A stretch of DNA of 62,479 nucleotides, counting the filler, from Stramenopiles sp. TOSAG23-3 (lineage: Eukaryota): assembly GCA_900128585.1 (NCBI GenBank). It is 8 parts of 8 records of this genome, joined end to end, with 100 filler letters (N's around TTAATTAATTAA, not from the genome) between each part and the next. Parts side by side here need not be neighbours in the genome. Positions count along the whole stretch, not along the records: positions 60,912 to 62,479 come from LT645683.1; 7 more parts are not named here. One strand, given 5' to 3'. Position numbers and translations under genes: made by a program. Below are positions 61,478-62,479 of this stretch, in pieces. Position 1 is the stretch's first letter, and every line of letters starts with the position of its first letter. The notes beneath the pieces were generated by a model that was not told the DNA's origin, ran no database searches, and saw only the letters and a list, made by a program, of their open reading frames with translations.

Positions 61478-62479
61478 AGCTATCCCAATAAATACATTTG
61501 TGACTTGCGACTTTATAAAAATAGAGAGTGGGAATCTGAATAGTATAATTATGCAACGGTCATAGTAGTTTTTATTTCATGATTGGAAATTGTAATGCCG
61601 ACAATGAATGACCTAGAAGAACCCATAAAAATAATTGTGGCAAAATTCAAACGTTATTATACCATATTATTAAATTAAAAAAAAAATTACTACAACAAAT
61701 TATTATTATTTCTTCTATAAAAAAAAATTATTATTATTAATTATATATAGCATAAAGTGATATTAGAATACATTAATATCATGCTTGATATTAGACGAAT
61801 GAAAGACATACACCGCGTACATATATATTACCAGCCTAAATAAAATGAAAGACTCTCTCTGAATTAAACGCGTAGTGTTAACTCTATTTAACCTATCTAT
61901 ATTTATGATAGAATCGAAGTGAGAAAATGAAAAGAAGTTAAACAAAAAAAAGTGGAAATTTGATGATTCTAATGCTATGTCTATATATATAGAAATTGAA
62001 TCTTAGAGCCATACAAAATATCATCATACGTTTTTTTTACTACACTCCTTCTCCTCGATACTTTTTTTTCCCTTCTTCTTCTTTCTCTTCTATTGTATTA
62101 CTATGTTATACTTATTATTTTTTTTATAGAAAAGAGACAACGTTATTTTATGATTCTAAATAATAAAATAAAGAAAAAAAAAAATTATAATAAAAAACGA
62201 AAAAGTGTTTGTTGTTGTTGTTGTTGTTGTTGTTTACATAGATACTGTGTATATATTGATTTGATTGTTGTAATTGTGGAGAGATAGAAGAAGAAGAAAG
62301 AAGAAGAAATAGAACAACAACAACAACGAAGAAGCAAGAAAGAAGCAAGACGAGAAGAAGAGAACGAACGTTTGAAGGAACATTTTGTACAACCTGTAAT
62401 AAATAGAAATAATATTTCCAATTAAAAAGGAAACAAATTATTCTGGCGGAAGAACGTCCACGATGTGCGTATCTAAATA

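Noticed and set aside
1-62479. tRNA, rRNA or telomeric repeats
   Set aside because: None recognised by eye; tRNAscan-SE and Infernal were not run.

Overview
Eukaryotic, intron-poor protist DNA; probably a flagellated heterotrophic stramenopile-like genome from a single-cell or metagenome assembly (inference from gene content and architecture). The window is not one locus. It is eight contigs (9793, 9790, 9788, 9780, 9759, 9733, 1568 and 1568 bp, sorted by size) joined by 100-bp N-linkers containing TTAATTAATTAA, so gene neighbourhood only means something within a contig. About 26 single-ORF genes sit in GC-richer islands between AT-rich, microsatellite-laden spacers. Recognisable genes: NAE1, PP2A scaffold A, cathepsin Z, calcyphosin-like, GH79, GH43, Ldh_2 dehydrogenase, serine beta-lactamase-like, SLC35 and SLC25 transporters, PTP-like phosphatase, 2OG oxygenase, ankyrin, LRR and C2H2 proteins. 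Most worth following up: (1) an orphan ORF that looks like a divergent H4-fold plus truncated H3-fold histone doublet; (2) a >2,960-aa protein with roughly 44 TM segments built from repeated 2-TM hairpins plus TPR and IQ modules; (3) a dispersed palindromic MITE-like family whose central cassette is inverted between two loci and which lies beside orphan gene 3' fragments, including an EF-G domain V remnant missed by the ORF track; (4) an 84-bp LRR array with a conserved framework and variable surface positions; (5) a TM-AsmA-like-C2-PH protein. All family calls are motif recognition by eye; no database searches were run.
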